From an uncultured delta proteobacterium (GTDB taxonomy: Bacteria; Myxococcota; Myxococcia; SLRQ01): a DNA stretch of 64,000 nt. The DNA is taken from contig CAVSGM010000002.1 of assembly GCA_963727485.1 (NCBI GenBank), positions 1,152,001-1,216,000 on the forward strand, given 5' to 3'. The notes beneath the pieces were generated by a model that did not search any database, had not been told where the DNA came from, and saw only the letters and a program-made list of their open reading frames with translations. The translations under genes were made by a program, and so were the position numbers. Every line of letters starts with the position of its first letter. The first letter of the stretch is position 1. Positions 50,905 through 60,887 of the stretch are shown piece by piece.

Positions 50905-52700
50905 AGCCAGGCGGGATCGAGCTCGGCGTAGCTGGCGCCGCCCCGGCAGCGCTCGGCGAGCACCGGCACCCGGGGGAGCTCGGTCTCGAACCAGTAGCGG
51001 GCGCCCTGGACGGTCCCCCGGTGACGATCGGCGTCGCCCTGGCCCGCGGCGAGGCACTCGGTGGCGGCGGCGGCCATGGCGAGGTGCTGCCAGGCCACGG
51101 TGACCACCGAGAAGAGCACCAGGAAGTCGGCGCTGGCGCGGAGCATGCCTTCGAGGTCGCCCCCGGCCCCGCGGGCGCCGAGCTCGGCGGTGAGCGCGCC
51201 CACCGTCGCCACGGCCCGGGCGAGCGCCTGGGGGTCGGGGTCGGGGATGCCGGCGGCCTCGGCCCGGGCCACCGTCTCGCCCACCGCCTCGCCGAGGGCC
51301 ATCAGCGCCTGACCGCCCTCGGCGACCACCTTGCGGCCAAGCAGGTCGAGGCCCTGGATCCCGGTGGTCCCCTCGTGGAGGCTGTTGAGCTTCTGGTCCC
51401 GGAGCCAGGCCTCGGGGAGGTACTCGGTGGTGTAGCCGTAGCCGCCGTGGACCTGCACCGCGAGGGTGTTCGCCTCGAAGCCGAACTCGGCGGGGAAGCT
51501 CTTGGCCACCGGGGTGAGCAGGTCGAGCAGGCGCCGCGCCCGGGTGCGCACCGCGTCGTCCTCCGCGTGCTCGGCGAGGTCCGCCTGCAGCGCGGTGGTG
51601 GCGATGAGGCACAGGCCCCCCTCGACGATGGCCTTCTGGCGCAGGAGCATCCGGCGGACGTCGGCGTGGGCGGTGAGCGGCACCGGGGGCGTGGTGGGGT
51701 CGCGCACCCCCAGCGGCCGGCCCTGGGTGCGCTCGGCGGCGTAGGCCACCGACTCGTGGTAGGCCGCCGAGGCGCTGGCCACCCCGCCGGTCCCCACCAG
51801 GAGCCGGGCCTCGTTCATCATCTGGAACATCTGCTTGAGCCCGGCCCCCGCCTCGCCCACGAGGAAGCCGTGGCAGTCGCCGCGCTCCCCGAAGGCGAGC
51901 GCCACGCTGGGCAGCCCCTTCCACCCGATCTTGTGGATGAGGCCGGTGACCGCCACGTCGTTGTCCACCAGGCCGTCGCCCTCGGGGCGGCGCCTCGGGA
52001 CCACGAAGAGGCTGATGCCCTTGGTCCCGGCGGGCGCCCCGTCGATCCGGGCCAGCACCAGGTGGACCACGTTGTCGGTGACGTCCTGGTCGCCGCCGGA
52101 GATGAAGATCTTGGCGCCGCGGATCCGGTAGCCGCCGTCCTCCGCCGGGGTGGCGCCGGTGGTGACGTCGGAAAGCGAGCTGCCCGCCTGGGGCTCGGTG
52201 AGCGCCATGGTCCCGGTCCACTCGCCGGCGTACATCTTGGCCATGTAGGTGCCCTTGAGGGCGTCGCTCCCGAAGCGCTCGATGAGGTGCGCCGCCCCGG
52301 TGGTCAGCCCCAGGTAGCCGGTGACCGCGAGGTTCGCGGCCATGGGGTAGATCGACGCCACGGTGCCCACCACCAGGGGCAGCTGGGCGCCGCCCACCTC
52401 GGCGGGGCGGGTGGCGTTGAGCACCCCGAGGTCGATGAGCTCGGGGAGGAGCTCCCGGAGCAGGGGGTGGACGTGGACCTGGCCGTCCTCGAGGCGCGGG
52501 GGCACGTCGTCGAGGGTGCGGTAGCTGTCGAAGAGCCGGGTCCGGGCGAAGCGCCGCACGGTGGCGAGGTAGCCGTCGAGGGTCTCCCAATCGTGGTCGG
52601 CGAAGTACGGCAGGGCGCAGAGGCGCTCGACCGCGAGGACCTCGTGGAGGACGAAGTCGACGAGGCGGTCGTCGACCAGGGGGTTGGGCCGGTGGTCCAT
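50901..52700 (-). CDS. Acyl-CoA dehydrogenase
   Basis: [34 protein letters not shown]. Confidence 0.92.
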   Translation of the reverse strand: MDHRPNPLVDDRLVDFVLHEVLAVERLCALPYFADHDWETLDGYLATVRRFARTRLFDSYRTLDDVPPRLEDGQVHVHPLLRELLPELIDLGVLNATRPAEVGGAQLPLVVGTVASIYPMAANLAVTGYLGLTTGAAHLIERFGSDALKGTYMAKMYAGEWTGTMALTEPQAGSSLSDVTTGATPAEDGGYRIRGAKIFISGGDQDVTDNVVHLVLARIDGAPAGTKGISLFVVPRRRPEGDGLVDNDVAVTGLIHKIGWKGLPSVALAFGERGDCHGFLVGEAGAGLKQMFQMMNEARLLVGTGGVASASAAYHESVAYAAERTQGRPLGVRDPTTPPVPLTAHADVRRMLLRQKAIVEGGLCLIATTALQADLAEHAEDDAVRTRARRLLDLLTPVAKSFPAEFGFEANTLAVQVHGGYGYTTEYLPEAWLRDQKLNSLHEGTTGIQGLDLLGRKVVAEGGQALMALGEAVGETVARAEAAGIPDPDPQALARAVATVGALTAELGARGAGGDLEGMLRASADFLVLFSVVTVAWQHLAMAAAATECLAAGQGDADRHRGTVQGARYWFETELPRVPVLAERCRGGASYAELDPAWL

Positions 52701-52701
52701 G

Positions 52702-54600
52702 TCAGCTCCGCGGGTAGCCGAGGTGGGTGAGGGCGCCGCCGATCTCGTCGAGGGCGGCGGGGTCGTCGATGGTCGCGGGCATCTTCCACTCGGAGCCGTC
52801 GGCGATCTTCTTCATGGTCCCGCGCAGGACCTTCCCCGAGCGGGTCTTGGGCAGGCGGTCGACCACGGTGGCGGTCTTGAAGGCGGCGACGGGCCCGATG
52901 CGGTCGCGGACCATCTTCACCACCTCGGCGACCACCTCCTCGCTCGGGCGGCCGCACCCGGCGTTGAGCACCAGGAAGCCCACGGGCACCTGGCCCTTGA
53001 GGGCGTCGGCGACGCCGATGACCGCGCACTCGGCGACCTCGGGGTGGTCGGCGAGGACCTCCTCCATGGCGCCGGTGGAGAGCCTGTGGCCGGCGACGTT
53101 GATCACGTCGTCGGTGCGGGTCATCACGAACACGTAGCCCTCGTCGTCGATGTACCCGGCGTCGCCGGTCTTGTAGTAGCCGGGGAAGTCGGCGAGGTAG
53201 GCGTCGACGAAGCGCTCCTCGGCGTGCCACAGGGTCGGCAGGGTCCCCGGTGGCAGGGGCAGCTTGGCCACCAGGGCCCCGATGTCACCGGGGGCCACCG
53301 GCTTCTTGTCGAAGCCGAGGACCTCGAGCTGCCACCCGGGGACCGGCTTGGTCGCCGACCCGGGCTTCACCGGCAGCAGGCCCAGGCCCGCGCAGTTGGC
53401 GCAGATGGCCCACCCGGTCTCGGTCTGCCACCAGTGGTCGATGACCGGGACCTCCAGGTGGCGCTCGGCCCAGCCGATGGTGTCGGGGTCGGCGCGCTCG
53501 CCGGCGAGGAAGAGGTACTTCAGCGACGAGAGGTCGTAGTCGGCGAGGAGCTCGCCCTTGGGGTCCTCGCGCTTGATCGCCCGGAACGCGGTGGGCGCGG
53601 TGAACAGGGCCTTCACCTTGTGCTCGGCGATGACCCGCCAGTAGGTCCCGGCGTCGGGCGTCCCCACCGGCTTGCCCTCGAAGAGCACGGTGGTGTTCCC
53701 GTGGAGCAGCGGGCCGTAGACGATGTACGAGTGGCCCACGACCCAGCCCACGTCCGAGGCGGCCCAGTACACCTCGCCCGGGTCGACGCCGTAGACGTGC
53801 TTCATCGACCAGTTCAGGGCCACCATGTGGCCGCCGTGGTCGCGGACGATGCCCTTGGGCTGCCCGGTGGTCCCCGAGGTGTACAGGATGTACAGCGGGT
53901 CGGTGGCGGCGACGGGGACGCAGTCGTGGGGCTCGGCCTTCGCCATGGCCTCCTGCCAGTCGAGGTCCCGGCCGGGCACCAGATCCGCCTCGAGCTCGGG
54001 GCGCTGGAGGACGACGCAGTGGGAGACCTCGTGGCGGGCGAGGGTGAGCGCCGCGTCGAGCAGCGGCTTGTAGGCGACGACACGGCTGGGCTCGACGCCG
54101 CAGGAGGCGCTGACCACCACCTTGGGCCGGGCGTCGTCGACGCGGGTGGCCAGCTCGGCGGCGGCGAAGCCCCCGAAGACCACCGAGTGGATGGCGCCCA
54201 GGCGCGCGCAGGCGAGCATGGCGACGACCGCCTCGGGGACCATGGGCATGTAGACGATGACCCGGTCGCCCTTCGCCACGCCGAGGCCGTGGAGGACCCC
54301 GGCGAAGCGGGCGACCTCGTCGCGCAGGGCCCGGTAGGTGTAGCTGCGCTTGTGGCCGGTGACCGGCGAGTCGTAGATGAGCGCCGGCTGGTCGGCGCGG
54401 CCGCCGTCGACGTGGCGATCGAGGGCGTTGAAGCAGGTGTTGGTGACGCCGCCGGCGAACCACCGGTAGAAGGGCGCCTTGCTGTCGTCGAGGACCCGGT
54501 CCCAGCGCTGGTCCCAGTGGAGCGCCTCGGCGGCCTCGGCCCAGAAGCCGGTGGGGTCCTGGATGGAGCGGGCGTAGACCTCGTCGTAGCGGTTGGGCAT
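52702..54600 (-). CDS. prpE: Propionyl-CoA synthetase
   Basis: YILYTSGTTGQPKG, DHWWQTETG, PKTRSGK. Confidence 0.85.
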   Translation of the reverse strand: MPNRYDEVYARSIQDPTGFWAEAAEALHWDQRWDRVLDDSKAPFYRWFAGGVTNTCFNALDRHVDGGRADQPALIYDSPVTGHKRSYTYRALRDEVARFAGVLHGLGVAKGDRVIVYMPMVPEAVVAMLACARLGAIHSVVFGGFAAAELATRVDDARPKVVVSASCGVEPSRVVAYKPLLDAALTLARHEVSHCVVLQRPELEADLVPGRDLDWQEAMAKAEPHDCVPVAATDPLYILYTSGTTGQPKGIVRDHGGHMVALNWSMKHVYGVDPGEVYWAASDVGWVVGHSYIVYGPLLHGNTTVLFEGKPVGTPDAGTYWRVIAEHKVKALFTAPTAFRAIKREDPKGELLADYDLSSLKYLFLAGERADPDTIGWAERHLEVPVIDHWWQTETGWAICANCAGLGLLPVKPGSATKPVPGWQLEVLGFDKKPVAPGDIGALVAKLPLPPGTLPTLWHAEERFVDAYLADFPGYYKTGDAGYIDDEGYVFVMTRTDDVINVAGHRLSTGAMEEVLADHPEVAECAVIGVADALKGQVPVGFLVLNAGCGRPSEEVVAEVVKMVRDRIGPVAAFKTATVVDRLPKTRSGKVLRGTMKKIADGSEWKMPATIDDPAALDEIGGALTHLGYPRS

Positions 54601-54707
54601 GGCAGTCTCCGGGGGCGTGGGGCGGCGCCGGCCCTCGGCACCTCCCTGCAAGGTTGATCACCGAGAGCCGCCGGGCAACGGCCCGTGGGCCGGGGCCTGC
54701 CGCCGGG

Positions 54708-56348
54708 TCAGTTCTTGCCGAAGCGGAGCACCACGTGGTGGGCGCCGGCCCGGGCCACCTTGCCCGGGGTCTGGGTCTGGCCCCGCTTGGCGACCAGGCG
54801 GTAGTGGCCGACGCCGGCCTGGGCGAGGCGGAACCGGCCGTGGGCGTCGGTCTCGGCGCTGGGGACGTCGGAGAGGGCCATGGCGCTGTCGGGGACGCCG
54901 CCGTCCTGCCGGGTGGCGTAGACCCAGACGCCGGCCACCGGGTGCCCGTCGGCGTCGAGGACCCGGCCGGTGATCGGGTGGGCCCGGGGCATCTTCAGGG
55001 CCACCGGGTGGGCGCCGGGCACCGTCACCTTCACCGGCAGCGGCGGAGGCTGCTGGAGGTTGGTGACCCCCACCAGCCAGGTGCCGGCGGCGAGGCCCAC
55101 CAGGCGGGCGCGGCCGTGGGCGTCGAGGCGGACCGAGCGCGAGGTCAGGCCAGAGCCGTTGCCCAGCTGCACCGCGGTGGCGCGGGTGCCCAGCGCCCGG
55201 CTGGCCCGGGTGACGCCCCGGACCCGGACCACCAGGTCGCCCCCCGCGGGCAGGCGCACGGTGGCCTCGGCGGACGCCTGGGACTTCCCAATCTTCACCG
55301 CGGCGGCGCCCGGGCCGTGGCCCGAGGCGCGCACCGACACCTGCACGGTGGTCCGGGGCACCGAGGCGAAGGTGGCGACGCCATCCTTCCCGCTCTTCGC
55401 GTGGTGACCGGCGGCGGTGGCCTGGGCACCGACCACGGGCTTGCCCTTCGCGTCGAGGACGTGGACCTTCAGCTGCGCCGGATCCACCAGATCGATGATC
55501 ACCGGCTTCGGGTGAGCGCCCCCGGGGAGGGGTGCCTCGCCGAGGGCGTCGCCGTGGCGGGCGTCGAGGGCGCCGTGGGCACCCTTGGGGAGGATGGCGA
55601 GGCCGGTGATGACGAAGTGGCCCTTGGCATCCGTGGTGGCGGCGCGGTGGAAGCGCCCGGCGTCCTCCACGTGGGCGCCGGCGACCGGGTGCCCGCCCTG
55701 GCGCACGGTCCCCGCGACGCTGCGCCCGGGGACCGCCACCAGCCGGTGGTCCTCCCCGGGCTTGAGGGGGTAGGCGTGGAGGGCCTGGGCGGGACCGGCG
55801 ATGTTCGCCAGCCAGGGCAGGCCCTTGGGCGCGGGGACCGTCACCGTGAAGCGCCCGTCGGCGCCGGTGGTCACCTGCGGGAGGTCGAAGCCCGTGGAGC
55901 CCACGGTGATCGCCACCCCGGCGAGGGGGTGGCCGGCGTGGTCGACCACCTGGCCGGTCATGGAGGTCGCCTGGGGCAGGGTCAGGGTCACGGGCCCGTG
56001 GCCCTTGGCGGCGGGGCGCAGGGCACCGATCACCTTGCCGCCGCGGTACACCACCACCAGCAGGTCCGCGCTCGGGTGGATCGCGACGTGGAAGCGCCCC
56101 CGGGCGTCGGTCCTGGCCGCCGCCAGGGTCATGGCCTCCGGACCCGCGCCCTGGAGGCGTTGGGGGAACATCATCGAGGAGAGGCTCCCGGCGGGATCGT
56201 TGTCGAAGACCAGCGTGGCGCCGGCGACCGGGTGGCCCCGGGCGTCGAGGAGGCGCCCGGAGGCCCCGGCGGCGTGGGCGGCGGCCGGCGCGCCGGCGGC
56301 GAGGGCGGCGACGAGGGCGAGGACGGCGAGACGGCGGGGCGCGTTCAT
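54708..56348 (-). CDS. Secreted protein of carboxypeptidase-regulatory-like repeats
   Basis: Repeated GRVLDxxGHPVAGA...TDAxGRF units; signal peptide. Confidence 0.8.
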   Translation of the reverse strand: MNAPRRLAVLALVAALAAGAPAAAHAAGASGRLLDARGHPVAGATLVFDNDPAGSLSSMMFPQRLQGAGPEAMTLAAARTDARGRFHVAIHPSADLLVVVYRGGKVIGALRPAAKGHGPVTLTLPQATSMTGQVVDHAGHPLAGVAITVGSTGFDLPQVTTGADGRFTVTVPAPKGLPWLANIAGPAQALHAYPLKPGEDHRLVAVPGRSVAGTVRQGGHPVAGAHVEDAGRFHRAATTDAKGHFVITGLAILPKGAHGALDARHGDALGEAPLPGGAHPKPVIIDLVDPAQLKVHVLDAKGKPVVGAQATAAGHHAKSGKDGVATFASVPRTTVQVSVRASGHGPGAAAVKIGKSQASAEATVRLPAGGDLVVRVRGVTRASRALGTRATAVQLGNGSGLTSRSVRLDAHGRARLVGLAAGTWLVGVTNLQQPPPLPVKVTVPGAHPVALKMPRAHPITGRVLDADGHPVAGVWVYATRQDGGVPDSAMALSDVPSAETDAHGRFRLAQAGVGHYRLVAKRGQTQTPGKVARAGAHHVVLRFGKN

Positions 56349-56511
56349 GGAACCTCCCGGGCCGACCCCGGGTCGGCACGCTGGGGACAGACCCTAGCGC
56401 GCCGGAGCTCTGACCGCATCCCCGGGCCGTCAGGGCCCGGCGCCGCAGGCGTCGCACTCGGGCGTCCAGTCGGCCGGCACCCGCACCCCGGCCACGACGG
56501 CCGCGCGCCCG

Positions 56512-58407
56512 CTAGTCACCGGTGTCCACCAGGAGCGTCAGCCCCTTCGCGCCGGCGGTGACCAGCAGCGTCTGGGAGGCCGCCCGGCCCTGGTGCGCCA
56601 CCACCGTGTAGCGGCCGGGGGCGAGGTCGGGGAAGGCGAAGCGGCCCTTCGCGTCGACCCCGGCGCGCCCGGCGTCGCCGACGGCACGGACGGCGTGGCG
56701 TCCGTGGACGACGCGGGTCGCCGTGACCTGGGCGGCGGCCAGGGGGTTGCCGTCGGGGTCGCAGACCACCCCGGAGAGGGTGCGGCCGCCGCCGAGGCGC
56801 AGCACCAGGTGGCGCTTCGGCCCGCGGACGGTGCGGGGACGCGAGGCGCGATGGGGCGGCCGGCCGGCGATCAGCCGGTAGGGTCCCGGGCCCACGCGGC
56901 GCAGCGCGAAGTGGCCGGTGGCGTCGGTGACGGCGCCGTCGCCAGGCAGCAGCGCCTCGTGGTGCGGGGGCAGGCCGCGGGTGATCCGCCGGGCCACCAC
57001 CTGGACGCCGGCGACCCCGTGGCCCGCGCCGTCGACCACCCGGCCGGCCAGCGGCCGCGCCGGGGGCACCGTCAGCGTCAGGGGCCGGCGCCGGGGGAAG
57101 CGCACCACCACGGGGACCGGCTTGGGCTGCATGAGGTTGATGAGCCCCACCAGGTAGCGCCCCGGGCGCAGGCTGCGGACCCGGGCGACGCCCTTGGGAT
57201 CGACGGGCACCTGCCGGGGGACGTCGCCGCGGCCCCACGTCCCCAGCCGGTGCACGGCCACCCGCGCCGAAGCACGATCGCGCGGATCGAGGCCGCGCAC
57301 CTGCACCACCAGGTCGCCTCCGGGCGAGAGGCGCACGGTGACGTCGGTCGCCGCGCCGCGGACGGTCACCTGCTGCACCGCCTCGGCGTGGCCCTCGGCG
57401 TCGACCTGGACCATCGCCGCGCCCTGGACCACGCCGGCCACGGTGGCGATCCCGTCGGCGCCGGTGGAGACGGCGTGCTTGCCCACCCGCACCTGGGCGC
57501 CCCCCACCGGCCGGCCCCGGGCGTCGACCACGTGGACCGTGAGGCCCCCGGGCGCCACCAGGGTGATCACCAGGGGCCGGGTGTCCGAGGGCTTGGGAAA
57601 GGGCACCCCGCCGACGGCGGCGCCGTGGCTGGCGCGGAGGGCAAAGCCAGGAGACCCGGTGTTGGAGAAGCCGCCGAGGGTGAACCGGCCCTTGGCGTCG
57701 GTGTGCGTGGAGATCCCGTAGTAGGGCGGGAAGACGTGGACCTCGGCGCCGGCCACCGGGTGCCCGTCCTCCAGGACCACCCCGCTGACACTGCGGCCCG
57801 AGCTCCCGGTGAGGTGGTTGTCGCCGCCGCGGTGGACGACCACGCGGGGCGAGGTGACGTGGGGACCGTGGGCCCAGGCGAGCCAGGGGAGCGGGAGGTC
57901 GGGGACGGCGACCGTGAAGCGCCCGTCGGCGCCGGTCTTCACCGGCGGCAGGTCGAAGAAGGTGGAGCCGACGAACACCGGGACGCCGGCCAGCGGCGCG
58001 CCCTTGGCGTCGGTGACCCGGCCATTGAGCCGCTTCGTCGGCGCCAGGGTGAGGTCCACCCGGGTGGCCCCGCCCTTGGGGAGCACGGTGACCACGACCC
58101 CCAGCACCCGGCCGCCGCGCCGCGCGACCACCAGCACCCCGCCGGAGACGACCTTGGCGAGGGTGAAGTGACCGTTCGCGTCGGTGGTGGCGGTGGCCAC
58201 GGTGTGGTGCTGCGGCGCGCCGCCGCTCAAGCGGTTGGTGAACAGGACCTTGGAGAACAGGCCCCCGGGATCCGACTCGAAGGCGAGGGTGGCGCCGGCC
58301 ACCGGGTGGCCCTTCGCGTCGGTGAGCCCGCCATCGGCCGCCGGGGCCGCGCCCAGGGTCGCCAGGGCCAGGGCCGCGAGGACCGCCGCGACCGGCCGCG
58401 GCCTCAA
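56512..58407 (-). CDS. Paralogous carboxypeptidase-regulatory-like repeat protein
   Basis: Same repeat unit; colinear with 54708-56348 (GSTxFDLP, LPWLA, NLxQP). Confidence 0.8.
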   Translation of the reverse strand: MRPRPVAAVLAALALATLGAAPAADGGLTDAKGHPVAGATLAFESDPGGLFSKVLFTNRLSGGAPQHHTVATATTDANGHFTLAKVVSGGVLVVARRGGRVLGVVVTVLPKGGATRVDLTLAPTKRLNGRVTDAKGAPLAGVPVFVGSTFFDLPPVKTGADGRFTVAVPDLPLPWLAWAHGPHVTSPRVVVHRGGDNHLTGSSGRSVSGVVLEDGHPVAGAEVHVFPPYYGISTHTDAKGRFTLGGFSNTGSPGFALRASHGAAVGGVPFPKPSDTRPLVITLVAPGGLTVHVVDARGRPVGGAQVRVGKHAVSTGADGIATVAGVVQGAAMVQVDAEGHAEAVQQVTVRGAATDVTVRLSPGGDLVVQVRGLDPRDRASARVAVHRLGTWGRGDVPRQVPVDPKGVARVRSLRPGRYLVGLINLMQPKPVPVVVRFPRRRPLTLTVPPARPLAGRVVDGAGHGVAGVQVVARRITRGLPPHHEALLPGDGAVTDATGHFALRRVGPGPYRLIAGRPPHRASRPRTVRGPKRHLVLRLGGGRTLSGVVCDPDGNPLAAAQVTATRVVHGRHAVRAVGDAGRAGVDAKGRFAFPDLAPGRYTVVAHQGRAASQTLLVTAGAKGLTLLVDTGD

Positions 58408-59120
58408 TGCCGGCCCCGGGGATCGTGGCGCCCGTCGAAGCGCACGACGTTGAGCACCCGGCCGAGGGTCCCGTCGAGCTTGGAGCTGGCCTCGACGAAG
58501 CGCCCGCGGCGCTTATAGACGACGCGGCCCTGGACCTCGCCCACCGGCTTCCACCCGTAGAGGCGCGGGAAGGCGTCGGGACGCGTCGCGATCCCGGTGG
58601 CGTAGCCGCCGCCGTCGCAGTAGGCCGCCGACACGTTCCGGGCGTCGCCCCGGCCCGTCATCACCGACCCGGTGGACAGGGGCCCGGCGCAGAGGGGGAA
58701 GCCGTGGACCCGGGTCGCAGGCTCACGCCGGTCCACCGCGTAGGAGAGGTCGGCGTCGCCCCTGGCCATGTGCCACTTGAGGAACACCCGGACCCGGCGC
58801 AGGTCGGGCTCGGGGCGGGCGAAGGTCATGTCGACGCTGCCGCCGTCCTTGAGCTGGCCCCAGCTGACCTTGGTCCAGCCGGCCTTGCGGGCCCGGGTGG
58901 TGATCTGGCGGATCGCCTTGCGGAAGGCGGCGCCGTCGGCGAGGTGGGTCGTCTGCTGGGGACCGGCGCCCGCGGGCCAGTAGGGAAACGGCGGCGGGTG
59001 GGCGGCGGCGTGGGCCTTCGTACCCGCGGCGGTGGCGGGCCGGAGGACCCCGGCGGGCAGGAGGACGGCGACGGCGGCGACGATGGCGGCGCCTCGAAGG
59101 CGCAACGGCGATGGTCTCAT
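58404..59120 (-). CDS. Secreted hypothetical protein
   Basis: Signal peptide; stop overlaps the next start. Confidence 0.6.
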   Translation of the reverse strand: MRPSPLRLRGAAIVAAVAVLLPAGVLRPATAAGTKAHAAAHPPPFPYWPAGAGPQQTTHLADGAAFRKAIRQITTRARKAGWTKVSWGQLKDGGSVDMTFARPEPDLRRVRVFLKWHMARGDADLSYAVDRREPATRVHGFPLCAGPLSTGSVMTGRGDARNVSAAYCDGGGYATGIATRPDAFPRLYGWKPVGEVQGRVVYKRRGRFVEASSKLDGTLGRVLNVVRFDGRHDPRGRH

Positions 59121-59306
59121 GGCATCTCCCCGGCGAGACCCATCCCCCGGGCCTCGTGAGGGAACCCTACCGCCGGGGACCCCGGGCTCCCATCGGGCGG
59201 GCGACCGATGGCCCCACGCGGGAGGCGGCGAACAGACCCCAGGGCCATGCTGCGGTTCTCGAAGAGACCCCGGCGGCCTACAACGAGCTCGCCGCGGGGA
59301 GGGCGC

Positions 59307-60169
59307 ATGACCGGGACCGTGCACATCGACGGCAGCCAGGGTGAGGGCGGCGGGCAGATCGTCCGCACCGCGCTGGCCCTGGCGATGGTCACCGGGCGGC
59401 CGGTGGCGCTCACCCGCGTCCGGGCCGGGCGGGCCAAGCCCGGGCTGATGCGCCAGCACCTCACCGCGGTGCGCGCCGCCTGCGAGATCTGCGGGGGCGA
59501 GGCCCGGGGCGCCGAGCCGCGGAGCCAAGAGCTCACCTTCACCCCGGGGGCGGTGCGGCCCGGCGACTACCACCTCCAGGTGGGCACCGCCGGGAGCACC
59601 ACGCTCGTGCTCCAGACCGTCCTCCCGGCGCTCCTCACCGCCGAGGGCGAGACCCGCCTGATCCTCGAGGGCGGGACCCACAACCCCATGGCCCCGCCCT
59701 TCGAGTTCCTCGCCGAGGCGTTCCTCCCGCTCGTCGCCCGGATGGGGCCGCGGGTGGAGGCGACGCTGGTGCGCCCGGGCTTCTACCCCGCCGGCGGGGG
59801 GCGGGTGGAGGTCAAGGTGCACCCGGCGCCGGGCCGGGCAACGCCCTGCTGGTGACCTTCGAGGCCGAGGCGGTCACCGAGGTCTTCGTGGGCTTCGGCG
59901 AGCGCGGCCGCCGGGCCGAGGCCGTCGCCGAGGCCCCCTGCGACGAGGCCCGGGCCTGGCTCGACGCCGGGGTCCCGGTGGGCCCCCACCTCGCCGACCA
60001 GCTCCTCCTGCCGCTCTCGCTCGCCGGCGGCGGGGCCTTCCGCACGCTCGCGCCCACCGCCCACACCCGCACCAACGCCGAGGTGATCCGGGCGTTCCTC
60101 GAGGTGGACATCACCTTCGAGCAGGCGGCGGACGGCACCTGGATCGTCGCGGTGGGCCGGGCGGGTTAG
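59307..60169 (+). pseudogene. rtcA: RNA 3'-terminal phosphate cyclase with an internal deletion and frameshift near 59830
   Basis: IDGSQGEGGGQ, RAKPGLMRQH, GFYPAGGG, then an out-of-frame jump to GPGNALL...HLADQLL...HTRTN. Confidence 0.85.
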
Positions 60170-60178
60170 GATGCCCCC

Positions 60179-60832
60179 GTGCCCCTGTTCAAGAAGAAGC
60201 CCTACAGCCGCACCGAGACCCTCGCCGCCGCCGACACCGCCCGGGGCAAGGGCAAGTGGAAGAAGGCGCTGGCCGGCTACAAGAAGGTCCTGGAGCACGA
60301 CCCCGACGACGCCGGCGTCCACGCCAAGATCGCGCCGCTCTACGCCAAGGCCCGGCAGCGCGAGGCGGCGCTGAAGAGCTTCGAGGCCGCGGCCCAGGGC
60401 CAGATCAAGAAGGGGTTCACCGACCGGGCGGTCGCGGTCTACACCCAGGCGACCACCACCTACCCCGACGAGATGCGCCTCTGGGAGGCCATCGCGGTGC
60501 TCCACATCCAGCGGGCCCGGAACCCCGACGCGGTGGGGGTGCTGGTCAGCGGGGCGCGGGCGCTGGCCAAGGCGAACAAGCGCCCGGACGCGGTGCTGCT
60601 CCTGCGCCGGGCCACCGGCCTCGACCCCCTCCACGTGGAGGGGACGCTGCTGCTGGCAAGGCTCCTGGCGAAGCAGAAGCAGAAGCAGGAGGCGAAGCGG
60701 CTGCTGGCCGATCTCGCCGACCACTCGGGCGGCCGGACCCTGCGCCGGGTGCGGGCGGCGCAGCTGCGCCTGTCGCCGACCCCGGCGGCCCTGTGGCGGT
60801 GGCTGGTGGCGGCGATCCGCGCCCGGAGGTAG
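60179..60832 (+). CDS. Tetratricopeptide repeat protein
   Basis: Helical TPR pattern (YKKVLEHDPDD, ATGLDPLH). Confidence 0.75.
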   Translation: MPLFKKKPYSRTETLAAADTARGKGKWKKALAGYKKVLEHDPDDAGVHAKIAPLYAKARQREAALKSFEAAAQGQIKKGFTDRAVAVYTQATTTYPDEMRLWEAIAVLHIQRARNPDAVGVLVSGARALAKANKRPDAVLLLRRATGLDPLHVEGTLLLARLLAKQKQKQEAKRLLADLADHSGGRTLRRVRAAQLRLSPTPAALWRWLVAAIRARR

Positions 60833-60887
60833 CGCGCGGGGATCACCGGGTTTCACAATCGGGGCCCGGCGGTGTCCAATGGGTGAG

